Source of the DNA: Chiloscyllium plagiosum
Taxonomy: Eukaryota
Assembly: GCF_004010195.1 (NCBI RefSeq)
Contig: NC_057718.1
Coordinates: 50,683,894 to 50,723,407, forward strand
DNA length: 39,514 nucleotides
Reading direction: 5' to 3'
Below the pieces are notes generated by a model. That model worked only from the letters and a program-made list of their open reading frames with translations, was not told where the DNA came from and did not search any database. Positions 1-11,828 of this stretch are shown piece after piece; position 1 is the first letter of the stretch; each line of letters starts with the position of its first letter. The position numbers and the translations under genes were made by a program.

Positions 1-697
1 GGTGGAGGAACAGAGGGATCTTGGTGTCTATGTACATAGATCTTTGAAGGTTGCCACTCAGGTGGATAGAGTTTGTAAGAAGGCCTATGGAGTATTATCG
101 TTCATTAGCAGAGGGATTGAATTCAAGAGTCGTGAAGTGATGTTGCAGCTGTACAGGACTTTGGTTAGGCCACAGTTGGAGTACTGTGTGCAGTTCTGGT
201 CGCCTCACTTTAGGAAAGATGTGGAAGCTTTGGAGAGGGTGCAGAGAAGATTTACCAGGATGTTGCCTGGAATGGAGAGGAAGTCGTACGAGGATCGGTT
301 GAGAGTTCTCGGCCTTTTCTCGTTGGAACGGCGAAGGATGAGGGGTGACTTGATCGAGGTTTATAAGATGATCAGAGGAATAGATAGAGTAGACAGTCAG
401 AAACGTTTTCCCCGGGTGCAACAGAGTTTTACAAGGGGACATAAATTTAAGGTGAAGGGTGGAAGGTATAGGGGAGATGTCAGGGGTGGGTTCTTTACCC
501 AGAGGGTGGTGGGGGCATGGAATGTGCTGCCTGTGGGAGTGGCAGAGTCAGAATCATTGGCAACCTTTAAGTGGCAATTGGATAGGTACATGGATGGGTG
601 CTTAAGCTAGGACAAATGTTCGGCACAACATCGTGGGCCGAAGGGCCTGTTCTGTGCTGTATTGTTCTATGTTCTATGTTCTATGTTCTATGTTCTA
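1..697 (+). mobile_element. CR1 LINE 3' end (ORF2 C-terminus, 3' UTR and microsatellite tail); young copy cut by the window edge
   Basis: Uninterrupted ORF 2..610 with CR1 motifs LYRTLVRPQLEYCVQFWSP, ALERVQRRFTRMLPG, RRMRGDLIEVYK, FFTQRVVGAWN; tail (TGTTCTA)x5 at 663-697. Confidence 0.95.
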
Positions 698-860
698 ATG
701 CTTTCATGGTCATCATTAGACTCTTAATTCCAGTTTTTTAAAAAACTTGAATTCAAATTCCACCATCTGCCAGGGTGGGATTCAAACCTGGATCCCCAGA
801 ACATTATGTGGTTCTCTGGATTAACCATCCAGTGGTAGTATCATCAGGCCTTTGCCTCGC
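698..860 (-). mobile_element. 5' half of a tRNA-derived SINE, same family as 17782-18121, cut off by the CR1 at 1-697
   Basis: Reverse complement has a B-box-like GGTTTGAATCCCACC and the block GATGGTGGAATTTGAATTCAA...CTGGAATTAAG shared with the + copy at ~17872-17910. Confidence 0.75.
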
Positions 861-1653
861 TAAGTGTGGTTTAGGTGGTATAAAGTGGACATACCAATTT
901 GAATTGTTGAGTACTTCAAAATGGTGTACCTGTACATCCTTTCTAAGTACTATTGGCTTTTCCCTCTGGGTAACCTAACAGTGACAATAAAACCACTGCT
1001 CTAAAAATCACTATCATCTATTTGAATGCCTCTTAAATGCCTAGTATCCATTCAATTGTATCAACCAACCACAAAGCCTAAAGAAAGGAATGAAATTGGA
1101 TAGGCCAGATGGAATTGACCAAGGCAGAAACAAAACAACTGAAAATCCAACCCTGTCAATCCTTTAAAGTCCTCCTGACTAACATCTGGTGGTTTGTGCC
1201 AAAATCGGGAGAATTATGCTATAGACAGGTCAGGGAACAAACTTAAGAGTCACACTAAGGAAATCACACATGGCAGACAATATTCCAGACGCCATCACCA
1301 TCTTTCATAGACCATTATCAACACTGGCTCAGCAACACCATTACTGACCAAGTGGGTCAAGTCTTAAAGGACTTGACTACTAGATTAGTTCTGCAGCAGG
1401 TGAACAAAGAAAAACCAATTTGACCTCATGTTCACTAGTCTACCTGTTACAGATGTAGCTTCATAGTATCAGTAGAGGTGATCATGGCATATTCGTCGTG
1501 GAGATGAAGTTCCATCTTCACATTGAGGATATCCTCAATCGTGCTGTGTGACACTACCCCATGCCGAATGGGATGAATTTCAAACTAATCAAGCAATTCA
1601 AAACTGGATATCCATGAGCTGCTTTTGGCCAACTGCAGCAACAAAGTTGCACC

Positions 1654-1790
1654 ATTTTTTTTTCCATTAACCTATTTTTCCTAATCAACCTGCTCAGAGG
1701 TGTTATGACACAGGTTTGGAGCAGGTGGGACTTGAACTGAGGCCTTCCTGATCCAGGGCAGGGACTCTACCACTGCGACACAAAATGGCC
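1654..1790 (-). mobile_element. Short tRNA-derived SINE with poly(A) tail
   Basis: Minus strand reads GTCGCAGTGGTAGAG (A-box-like) ... GTTCAAGTCCCACC (B-box); T-run at ~1654-1663 is the A tail. Confidence 0.65.
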
Positions 1791-2326
1791 TATCGTATTT
1801 AACAACAAGTTGTAACCTCATGACCTAGCATATCTCACACTCGGCCATTACCATCAGGCCATGAGATCAACCCTGGTTCAATGGAGGGTGCAGGATGACA
1901 TGCCAGGAGCAGTGCAAGACGTATTTTAAAATAAGCCTAGCGGAGCAAAAAAACAGACTGGCTATGTGCCAAACACATAATCAGCAAGTGACAGAGCTAT
2001 GTAATCCGACAAACCAATGGATCAGATCTAAACTCTGCAGTTCTACCACATCCAACCATGCATGATGGTGAAGAATTAGACAACTAACTTTTGAGAAAAT
2101 TCCTCAAAAATATGCGTCCTTTATGATCGATAGCCCTGCATATCTGTGCAAAACACAACACTGATGCATTTGCCAAATGGATGATCCATCTCAGCCTTCT
2201 CCTGACCTTTCCAGTCTCAGAGTTTTCAGTCTTCAGCATAACCAATTCATTTCATGTGATATCAAGAACAGCTGAATTCACTGGATACTGCAAAAGCAAT
2301 GGGCTTTGACAACAGTCCAGCAATAG

Positions 2327-2994
2327 GAGAAAGTGAGGACTGCAAATGCTGGTGATCAGAGTCGAAGAGTGTGGTGCTGGAAAAGCATAGTAGGTCAGGC
2401 AGCATCCAAGGAGTAGGAGAATTAATGTTTCGGGCATAAACCCTAAATATATAAAAACTGAGGTCCTTTGCAGGTCTGGGAGAGTGTGGCCCTGAGCTGA
2501 GTCAGGGCTGCCTGTAGAGAAAGTAGGTGGTGGCGCATGGCTGCAAATGTAGTGCGGAGTATCCTAAAGGAGAAACATTTCTGGAGGCTTTGGATTTGTT
2601 GTAGGTATTGGTTGTCCTGTTCAGGTTCAAATTGTAATGGTCTGAATGTAGTCCGGAGTCCCTATGGGATCAGTTGCTTCTGTAGACAGGCCCTGAGGAA
2701 GGAGGTGTGGCTGTGGTACTGAGTCTGCTTCAGGATGTGGCTGAAGAGTTTCAGGGCTGTGGAGACGACCTGTGGTGCAGTGAGAGAGAGATTCACTGAG
2801 ATCCTTGTAGACAGAGGAGGAGAACTTCTTCAAGGTGGGTATCCTTGGAAGAGGCTTCACAGTAAGGTTAAAATCAACTATGGGAAAGTGAGGATTGCAG
2901 ATGCTGGAGATCAGAGTTGAGTGTGTGGTGCTGTAAAAGCACAGCCAGTCAGGCAGCATCCAAGGAGCAGGAGAATTGACATTTCAGGCAGAAG
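2327..2994 (-). mobile_element. Penelope-like (family A) mini-element: pLTR piece, 5' portion of ORF, pLTR piece, with 14-bp TSD
   Basis: TSD CAGTCCAGCAATAG at 2313-2326 and 2995-3008; ~115-bp direct repeats at 2327-2444 and ~2882-2994; interior minus strand resembles a decayed PLE ORF N-terminus (KDLSESLSHCT...). Confidence 0.85.
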
Positions 2995-4731
2995 CAGTCC
3001 AGCAATAGTCTTGTGCTCCAAAATTCATTGAATCCTGGCCAAACTAATCCAGTACAATTACAATATTGGCATTTATCTTGTAATGTGGATAATTGCCAAG
3101 TTATGACCTATTACAAATAGTAAGGTAAATCCTCTCAATCAATTGCTGCCCAGTCAGTAAACTCGAGCATAAGCAAAGTGATGGCTGGGGTCATTGATAG
3201 TCCTCTCAGTGACACTTCGAAAGAAATTATCTGCTCTCTGATGTTTAACTTGGATTCCATCAGGGCCACACAGCTTCAGACCTCATTACAATCTTAGTCC
3301 AAGCATGGACAAAAGTGATGCCCTGTGATTGTCCTTGGTATCAAGGCAGCATTTGACCAAATCTAGCATCAAAGACTAGAGTTAATAGCATTCAGGATAA
3401 AACTCAATGCTAGTTGGAGTCAAACCTAACATAATGGAAGATGGTTGAAGTTGTCAATCATCTCAGTTCCTAGACATCACTGCAGCAGAACTTCAGGGAA
3501 AGTCCTCAGCCTAACTATCTTTAGTTGCTTCATCGATGGCCTTCCTTCCATCATAAAGTCAAAAGTGGGGATGTTCACTTTGTATGATATTCAGCACCAT
3601 TCACACCACCTCAGATATTGAATCAGTCTGTGTCCATATGCAACAAAACAACATCCAGGCTTGAGCAGATACGTGACAAGTAACATTTGTGTCCCACTAA
3701 TATCAGATAAAGGTCGCTTCCAACCAAAGAGAATCCAAACTCTTTCTCTTGATATGTAGCAGTATTACATTCATTAATTCCCCCACTATCAGCATCTCAG
3801 GAGTTACCATTGAGCACAAATTGAACTGGACCAACCAAGTAAATACTGTGGCTACAAGGGCAGGTCAGAAGCTAGGAGTTCCGCCATTAATAACTCACCT
3901 CATGGCTTCCATAATTTTGTCCACAGAACTTGCACAAGGCACAATTCAAGAGTACGTGAAATACTCTTCACTATCTTGGATGAGTGCATCTCGAACAATA
4001 CACAGGATGCTTGACAACAGTCAAGGCAAAATAGCCCACTATTTGACATCTCACCTTTAACGTTCACGTAATGGCAGCAGTTTGTACTATCTACAAGATG
4101 CACTGTAGCACCTCTCCACAGCTCCTTTGACAGCATTGTCCAATCCTGCAATCACTACCAACTTAAAGGACAATGTCAGCATTTGCATGGAAGACACCGC
4201 TGCAGGTTTGCCTACAAGCCAATCACCATCCTGACTTGGAACCATATCGCCATTCCTTCATTTTCAATGGGTCAAAATTCTAGAACTTAACAGCAACCGA
4301 CCAACCATGGATTGCAGTGATTCAAGAAGGCAGCTCACCATCACCTTCTCAAGCGCAGTTAGAAACAAGCAATAAATTTTGGCCTGACCAGGAAATTTTT
4401 TTGACATTTTTTTACAAACTTTGAAAATAAACAAATATAAACACTAATATGCCATTAAATATTAAATAAATAATAACCAAAACACAACAAACACAAACAA
4501 AGATAATAAAAACACTCAACTAAGAACTAATCTAACCTACAAATAACCAAAGCATATAATAGAATATCTTACATTACTCCAAAAAAAAACATAGTAATTA
4601 AATAATGAAGTACATGCTCAGAATTAATTAACATGAAGTCATAATAAAACCCGTATTCATATGGGATTCCTCTCCGCCGCCCCCCCCCCCACCCCACCCC
4701 AACCCTGGGCCAGCCAGAACCACCACCACAA

Positions 4732-7700
4732 CTAGATAAAAGCCCTTGACAATATGGCTGAAATATCTGTATCTATATAGTTCAGGAAGGGCTGCCATAT
4801 TTTATAGAATAATTCAGTTTTTTGGTGCACCATAATTATAAGGTAGTCAAGGGGAATACATTCCATGATTAACCTGTGCCAATTTGAAAGTCCTGGAGGG
4901 CCCTCAGCTGCCCAATTTACTAAGATATTTTTCCTTGCACAAAAGGAGAGAATGGAAAATAATTTCCTCCCATGCACATCCAGGGAGGGCAGGTTCGAAA
5001 AGCCCAGGAGAAGAGATACTGGATCTACTCCAATTTCCGCTCCCAAGATTTCTGTCAGTGCATTTGCTACTCTGGTTCAGTATTTACATATCTTATGACA
5101 TGTCCATAAGCAGTGTGTGAGAGTGCCCATTTCTATTTTACATTTAGGACACATTGGAGATGTTCCTGCCCGAAATTTGCCAGACGTTCCGGTGCTATAT
5201 GAGTCCTATGGAATATCTTTAGTTGAATAGCTTGGGTTCTATTACAAATGAAGATCTTTCTGGCATTTTCCCAGATGTCATCCCACATTTCTGAAGGGAT
5301 TTCCAACCCCAATTCCTGATTCCATGTTTTAAACAATTGTTTCATGTCTTTCGAAACTTTGTTCTGTAATGAGTGACAGAGAGTGCTGACCGAGGGTGGA
5401 CCCACTGGCCATAACACTCTTCTTTCCCTATCCGATTTATAAGAGCTATCTAATAATGTGCTCTTCTTCTGCACATAATCTCTAAGTTGGAAATATTGAA
5501 AAAGGTCTCCATTAGCAGTCCACATTTCTGGTGCAGCTATTCAAAAGACATCATAACCTCCCCATCGAACAGATCCCCTAAGCAAGAAATACCTCTGGAC
5601 CTCCAGGTTTTAAATGTAGAGTCTGTGTGCCCCAGTTGAAAATCCCATGCTCCCACTATAGGAGTATAAGGAGTGTTTTTTTGTGAATTGCCCTCGTCTT
5701 GCCGCATTATATTTCAAGCTTTAATTGTAGTTAGTACAATAGGGTTTTTACAATGGTCCATAATGACTTTTGTCTTATCTAAAAACAGAGATTGATGAGG
5801 GGACTCTTTGCCTGAGAAGCCTCGAGGTCCAGTCGGATTGATTGCAGGTCACACGAGACCCCAGTCGGCTACGTAGTTTAATAGAGAACTCAGCTGATTC
5901 TTCCTAAAGTCTGGAAAATCCAGTCTTCCCCTTGCTTGTGGAAGCTGCAGCTTCTTTAATTTAAGAAGGGGCCGTCTATGATTCCAAATGAAAGAACCAA
6001 GCCAACTGTATACTTTAGGAGAAAGTGAGGACTGCAGATGCTGGAGATCAGAGCTGAAAATGTGTTGCTGGAAAAGCGCAGCAGGTCAGGCAGCATCCAA
6101 GGAGCAGGAGAATCGACGTTTTGGGCATGAGCCCTTCTTCAGGAATCAATGACGATGTTCTCCATTCCTGAGGAAGGGCTCATGCCCAAAACGTCGATTC
6201 TCCTGCTCCTTGGATGCTGCCTGACCTGCTGCGCTTTTCCAGCAACACATTTTCAGCAAACGTATACTTTATGCAATGCCAGCCTTGGCAACATCACAGA
6301 GAGCATACTCATAGGGTATAGGAGATGAGGGAAAGTATTCATTTTAATTAGAGCTAGTCTGTCTAACCAAGATATCGGGAGACACCCCCAGCATTAAAGG
6401 TCCTGCCTTATCCTCTCTAATAGGTGCACAAAATTGGCTTTGTACAGCTGACCAAAAACTGTGGTGATAAAAATCCCTAAATATAAAAAACCCTCCAGAG
6501 ACCACTGAAAGGGAAAGCAAGACCCGTCCGATAAATTGGACATACTAGCGAAGCCACCCATCGGCATGGCCTCCGATTTTGTGAAATTGATTTTGTAACC
6601 TGAGAACGCACTGAATAAATTGATTACTTGGATCAAGCAGGGCACGGATATCAAAGGATTACTAAGAAAAAGGAGAACATTGTCTGCGTAAAGGGTAATT
6701 TTATGTTTACCTGAACCAAACCTCAGAGCCATTATATTAGAATCGGCCCGTATAGCTTCCGCTGGTGGTTCAATTATGAGCGTGAATAATAACGGTGAGA
6801 GAGGACATCCCTGACAACAGCCCTACCCACACTGAAGCTATCCAAGCCTAAACCATTAGTAATCAAGGCTGCTTTGGGATCATTGTACAATATTGAGACC
6901 TCTCCGACATCGAACTTTTCCAGTATGTAAAACAGATATGACCATTCAACCCGATCGAATGCCTTTTCTGCATTTAAAGAGACTACAATTCCCGGTATTC
7001 TTTGCTGATGACAGACTTGCATCACATTTAAAACCCTTCTAATATTAATAGATGATCTACTGCCCTTGATAAACCCCATCTGATCCTCTTTTATGATGTA
7101 TGGTAAAACCCTCTCCAACCTTAATGCTAATGTTTTAGAAAGAATTTTAAAATCTACATTTAGCAAAGATATTGGCCTGTATGATGTGCAATCTTCTGGG
7201 GCCTTTCCTTTTTTAAGGATGAGAGAAATATTTGCTTCTCTCATCGAAGGCGGGAAGCAGCCCTGACTATATGAATAATTATACATGTCCATAGGTGAAC
7301 CAGCCAGTACCCCTATAAACTCTTTGTAGAATCAGCCTGGAATCCATCTGAGCTAGGTGCTTTACTGCTCTGAAGCTGCCTGATTGCATCAAGTACTTCC
7401 TGGGTTGTCAGGGGAGCATTCAGGATCGACACCTGTTCTGGAGTTAAGTCCTGAAAGGCCAGTCTTTTAAAAAAGGATTCCATCTTCTTAGCTCTGTCTT
7501 CACAATCCTGTGATTTATACAGATCAGAATAAAACTTTCTGAAGGCTGTATTGATCCTTTTGCGGTCTTGAGTCAAAGTACCAGCACTTTCCCTAATGGA
7601 CGTGATAGCTTGAGGGGCCTTTTTTCTTCTTGCGAGATATGATAGGTATCTACCAGGCTTATAGCCGTATTCATATAGTCTTAGCTTTGCAAATAATATT

Positions 7701-8777
7701 TCCCTCTTTGCTGTTTGGGTAAGTGTGGTATTCAAGACTGTCCTGAGGGCTGTAATCCTTTGTAACTTAGCAATAGCGGGCCTATCAACATACATTATCT
7801 CAGCTGCCTTCAAGCGAGTCTCGAGTAGATGCTGTTGTTCTCTCTTTTGTTTTTTCTGTGTCGCCAAGTATGAAATAATGAGACCTCACGCATAAGCCTT
7901 AATGGTCTCCCACATCACTGATGGGTTACTAGCTGTGCCTGAGTTAATTTCCAAAAAGGTTTTAAATTCTCGAGAGAAATATTTTACAAATTAACTATCC
8001 TTCATTAAGAAGGAATCCATACACCAATGTCGGGGGGGCTTGTCTCATCGTCCCTAGCCTTAACTTCCATATATACTGCAGCATAATCAGAGATTATTAT
8101 ATTACCTATTTTGCAGGACAATATGGAGTTTAAAAAGGTCGAGGAGGGAGCAAAAAACATATCAATTCTAGTATGACACTTATGTGGTTAGAGTAGAAAG
8201 TAAAGTCTCTGCCCTGCGGATGAAGGCATCTCCACACATCTACTAACCCTAGCTCCTTATTCAAATCCGCCAATTGTCTGGATCTAAGAGATATACCTGC
8301 AGTACTCTTGGGTATCCTGTCTATCTCTCGGTCCATAGTACAATTAAAATCTCCTCCTATAATTGTGTGACCAGACCCAAAAGGCATCAGTCTGGAGAAC
8401 GCTTCCGTTATAAATTTGAAGGGGTGTGCCAGAGAACAATAAAGGTTCAAAATTCTATACTCCTCTCCATTTATGAGGGCTTTGATCAGTAAGTACTGTC
8501 TAGATTCATCTTTTATCTGACCAAAGATTTTGAAAGGAAGGTTCTTCTGAATGAGAATGACTACTCCCTTTCTTTTAGAACTAAAAGATGAAAAGAAGGC
8601 CTGATCGAATCCGCCTTGTTGTAATTTTAAGTGTTCTTTATCCAGTAAGTGTGTATCCTGTAAGAGAGCTATATCAATCCTTTCTTTTTTGAGGTTTGAT
8701 AGTATTTTCTTCCTTTTGATTGGTGAATTACGCTCCTTGACATTCGAGGTGCACCACCTAATTGAATGACTAACCAT
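4732..8777 (-). pseudogene. L1 ORF2p (APE endonuclease, reverse transcriptase, C-terminal cysteine-rich region), frameshifted
   Basis: MVSHSIRWCTSNVK...IALLQDTHL, IIGGDFNC, LVDVWR..HP..RDFTFYS (APE); SYRPISLLNVDFKILSK, SLNAEKAFDRVEW, LYADNVLL, FSGYKINFTKS (RT); CPKC...HCLWTC near 5100-5160; stop at 4732. Confidence 0.9.
6018..6257 (-). mobile_element. Short fold-back (palindromic) Penelope family A pLTR element inserted in L1 ORF2
   Basis: 94-bp inverted arms 6053-6146 and 6164-6257 (one mismatch seen) around a 17-nt spacer; ~35-nt unpaired tail 6018-6052; TSD GTATACTTTA at 6008-6017 and 6262-6271; degenerate hammerhead cores in both arms. Confidence 0.9.
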
Positions 8778-9490
8778 GATCGTCCAGGCAAGTCTGAAAC
8801 CCCCCCCCCCAGGAGAAGGAACCCCACCCAAAACACCCCGAGCACAGACCGTAGAAAATTCACAAAAGTAGAAGTTCTTTAATACATTAACGCCAATATA
8901 GTTAAAAACTATTTCTAAATAAGAAAAATATAAAACACATTTAAAAGGAGATTTTCCCCCTTTGTCCCGGTGGCATCACTATATGTCAATAAACCCACTG
9001 TATCCTTTCCCAACCAGCGCCCTGCCCTCGACCCAGGCATCACATAATAGAGTAAATAAATTCGAGTGTAGTATAAAATCAAAGTTAAATGTGAGTGCCT
9101 CACCCCCCACCCCCACCAACACTTGAATACGTTTAGTAAAGATAATACAAAGTATAAACATATAAAACTATAAAGTTACAATCCCAGCAAGTAATAGATA
9201 ACTAAGTATAATAACAGAAGTAGAAAAAAAACCCCGCTGTAAAAACAAATTGAGGTAGGACAGAGCAAATGCCAGCCCCCCCCCACCTTCCCCCAAACGA
9301 ATCAACTAAACCGCCCGGCCTGTAAAAGAAAAGGAGAATCACATAGTGGATAACAAATAAATAAGCCCCCTCCCTGCTCCCGGAGACAATATTAAACAAT
9401 AACGGGGGTGAAAGGAGAAAGAAAAGGTAAACCGGTTGTGGGGGGGGGAGCAAAATAGCATCATTAGCCATACGGTTTAATTCTTACAGT

Positions 9491-10332
9491 CTATTTAAGA
9501 GAGTCCAAAAATTCTTTAGCCTTCTCCGGTGATCCAAACTTATAAACGGATCCTTCATGGCTGAAGCGCAGCATTGCTGGGTAATGCAAGGAATATTGGA
9601 TGTTTAAATCTCTCAGGTGCTTCTTCGCCTCATCAAATGCCCTCCTTTTGTGGACCACGTCTGGAGAAAAATCTTGGAATAGCATACACCATGGCCTGGG
9701 GATCCTTCCCCAAGATTCTAGAGGCTTCCAGGAGCATCTGTTTCTCTCTCTAGCATTGGAGCCGGAACAGGACCGGGCGGGGGCGCTGGTCTGACCCGGG
9801 CCTGCGTATAGCAATCCGGTGGGCCCACTCTACCCACACCTGGCCTGATCTGGACTCCAGCTTTAATATTTCAGGGATCCATTGCTCCAAAAAAACTGCC
9901 AGCTGGCCTTCCTCTTCCCGTTCGGGAAGGCCCAGCAACCGAATATTTTTTCGATGACTCTGATTATCGAGGTCGTCGATGTGCTCCTCCAAGGTCCGTA
10001 CTCGCTGTTTGAGAGCCTGGACCCGGCACACGGCCGATTCAGCAGCAGTCTCCAAGGTCACGGCCTTTAGCTCCGTCCCTCCAACGCAATCTTCAAGTTT
10101 TTCAATTTCTCGGTCGTGCTTTTACAGCACAACCGAGAGTGACTCCCACCTGCTCCTGGATTCTTCAATAAAGGCATCGATCTTCTCCTGCAGCTTGTTA
10201 ATCACGGAGGCCAGGCTTACCTCCGCAGGCAAATGCCCCGAGGCGGCCGCGGACGTCTCCACTGCTGCTGGAGAGGGGTGGGGGAGGGGTCCCCGCCTAT
10301 TGCGAGCTGCGGGCATTTTTTCCTTTAGTCAT
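9491..10332 (-). pseudogene. L1 ORF1p (coiled coil, RRM, CTD), frameshifted
   Basis: DDLDNQSHRKNIRLLGLPEREE, WAHR...RPRPVLFR, LFQDFSPDVVHKRRAF...YPAMLRF...FGSPEKAKEFL are typical of L1 ORF1p. Confidence 0.88.
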
Positions 10333-10489
10333 TTTAAGCACAGCACCAAACTATTCGAGTTTGGTGCAAAGTGACTAAATATGCTGGGTAAGTCTTATTT
10401 TAAATGGTTTAGAGGGTGTGGTGGAAGCAGGTACCCCACTTTGCCTGAGTCTTGGGCAGAGTACTACAGACTCAGACTTGCTGGGTCGC

Positions 10490-10499
10490 CGCCATCTTG
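10490..10499 (-). promoter_or_regulatory. YY1-like motif (CAAGATGGCG) at the L1 5' terminus
   Basis: + strand CGCCATCTTG; position at the element's 5' end parallels the YY1 site of mammalian L1 promoters. Confidence 0.55.
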
Positions 10500-11701
10500 A
10501 ATCTTCCCATCCATGAATGTTAATTGAAGTAACATAAGCTTACCTACACTAACATTTCCTTAGCAGTTATATTATTCTGGATTTTAAGTTGATTCAATTG
10601 ATAAACTGTAACCTGTGAAAGGAACATGCCAGTGCAAAGTGAGCACAGAGGCAATCACTGTACAAATCAGTGACATTCCAGTTTTGAATCTTTTGCTTCA
10701 TGGATGAGACCAGAAGACTGTAAATGTGTGATCTGCATCCCAGCCAACTCCCTAATGAATTAGCTTTGGAATTAGGGTGGCTGAGGTAGGATGCTAGTGG
10801 TGATCAGGAAGGGTGAAGATGATTAATTCTGGCAGTGGCTGGGATTTGGGGCGATTTGTTCAAGAGAGGAGGAAGATAATTGTGAGGTGGGGAAGCACGA
10901 GTGGGATAACTGGGCAACAGTCTTCCACATTGCACCTCCTAGCTCCACGTTGAAGTATGTTTCTTTAATAAACTTATTTTTTGCAGTAATCCCCAACTGA
11001 CCCTTTAAGGACTATTGGCTATTGGTCACATGCAAATCTCTATTTCCTGAATACAAATGCAATCAGGAAAGGCCATATTTGGAAAGGGGGCATTAAAACA
11101 TTAATAGGGTCTTCTCTTTCATAGGGTTCTACTTCATTTTGAGAGTGCAGACCACAATCACCTCTTTTTCTGTCTTTACTAATTTGATGGACAGTATTCT
11201 TCTTGCACAGAATGCTTTCAGCCTGTTTTGAAGGATTGTGGAGTGGACATAATTGGGGTAATTTCTTGTTAAGAATTGAAAGTTCATTGAGAACTTTGGA
11301 GATTTTTAAAGAATGGCTTCCTAGACAGTAGATGATAACTGATTGCTTTGTTGAAGACCCTGCATGCTGGTTTTTGAACAATGCCTGGCTTTGGGAAGCT
11401 TCTGCTTTATCTATCAGAATTGGATGGAATCCATTATTGTGTCAATCAAGAAGTCTGGTTCATAGATTGTTTTGTTCAATAACCTAATATAATTAAGGTA
11501 TTTAATTAGTCATCTTGGTAACTGGGAAATGTAATTCTTTGTTTTTATGTTGTTGCTAGTGAGCCTTTAGCAATGGTGAACTTCCTCCATCCTCAGTTGT
11601 AATGACAAATTCAATCAAACTCTAGCATTAAAGACAATATCAAACAGATTTTTTTCTTTTTACTCTATTCTACTCAAATCCAAGCAATAGACCTTAAAAC
11701 A

Positions 11702-11828
11702 TCCAAACGATTTGCAGGTCAGGTGAATTGGCCATGCTAAATTGCCCACAGTATTAGGTGCATTAGTCAGGGGGTAAATATAAGGTAGGGGAATGCGTCT
11801 GGGTGGGTCACTCTTTGGCGGGTCAGTG
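11702..11828 (+). mobile_element. HE1-type V-SINE 3' part, left piece (split by a Rex1/Babar insertion)
   Basis: TGCAGGTCAGGTGAATTGGCCATGCTAAATTGCCC...GGGTCAGTG matches the HE1-like copies at 16090 and 36812. Confidence 0.8.

Larger units (their letters stand above)
1000..4392 (+). mobile_element. Old, heavily decayed CR1/L2-group LINE (APE endonuclease to RT to 3' tail), interrupted by a SINE and a PLE mini-element
   Basis: Degenerate translations: LLTNIWWFVPKSGEL (~1172, endonuclease start), IKAAFDQI (~3340), VLSLTIFSCFIDGL (~3501), ISGVTIEHKLNWTNQVNTVATRAGQKLG (ORF 3749..4060); tail TTCAAGAAGGCAGCTCACCATCACCTTCTCAAG...GCAATAAA at ~4321-4376. Confidence 0.75.
4394..10505 (-). mobile_element. 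Apparently full-length, disrupted L1-clade LINE (5' UTR, ORF1, ~0.7 kb inter-ORF spacer, ORF2, 3' UTR with A-rich end)
   Basis: ORF1 and ORF2 fragments in the correct order on the minus strand; CAAGATGGCG motif at the 5' end; T-rich runs on + at ~4395-4440. Confidence 0.92.

Noticed and set aside
11040..11381. 113-aa minus-strand ORF in unique sequence
   Set aside because: No recognisable domain and no supported splice structure; length is compatible with chance
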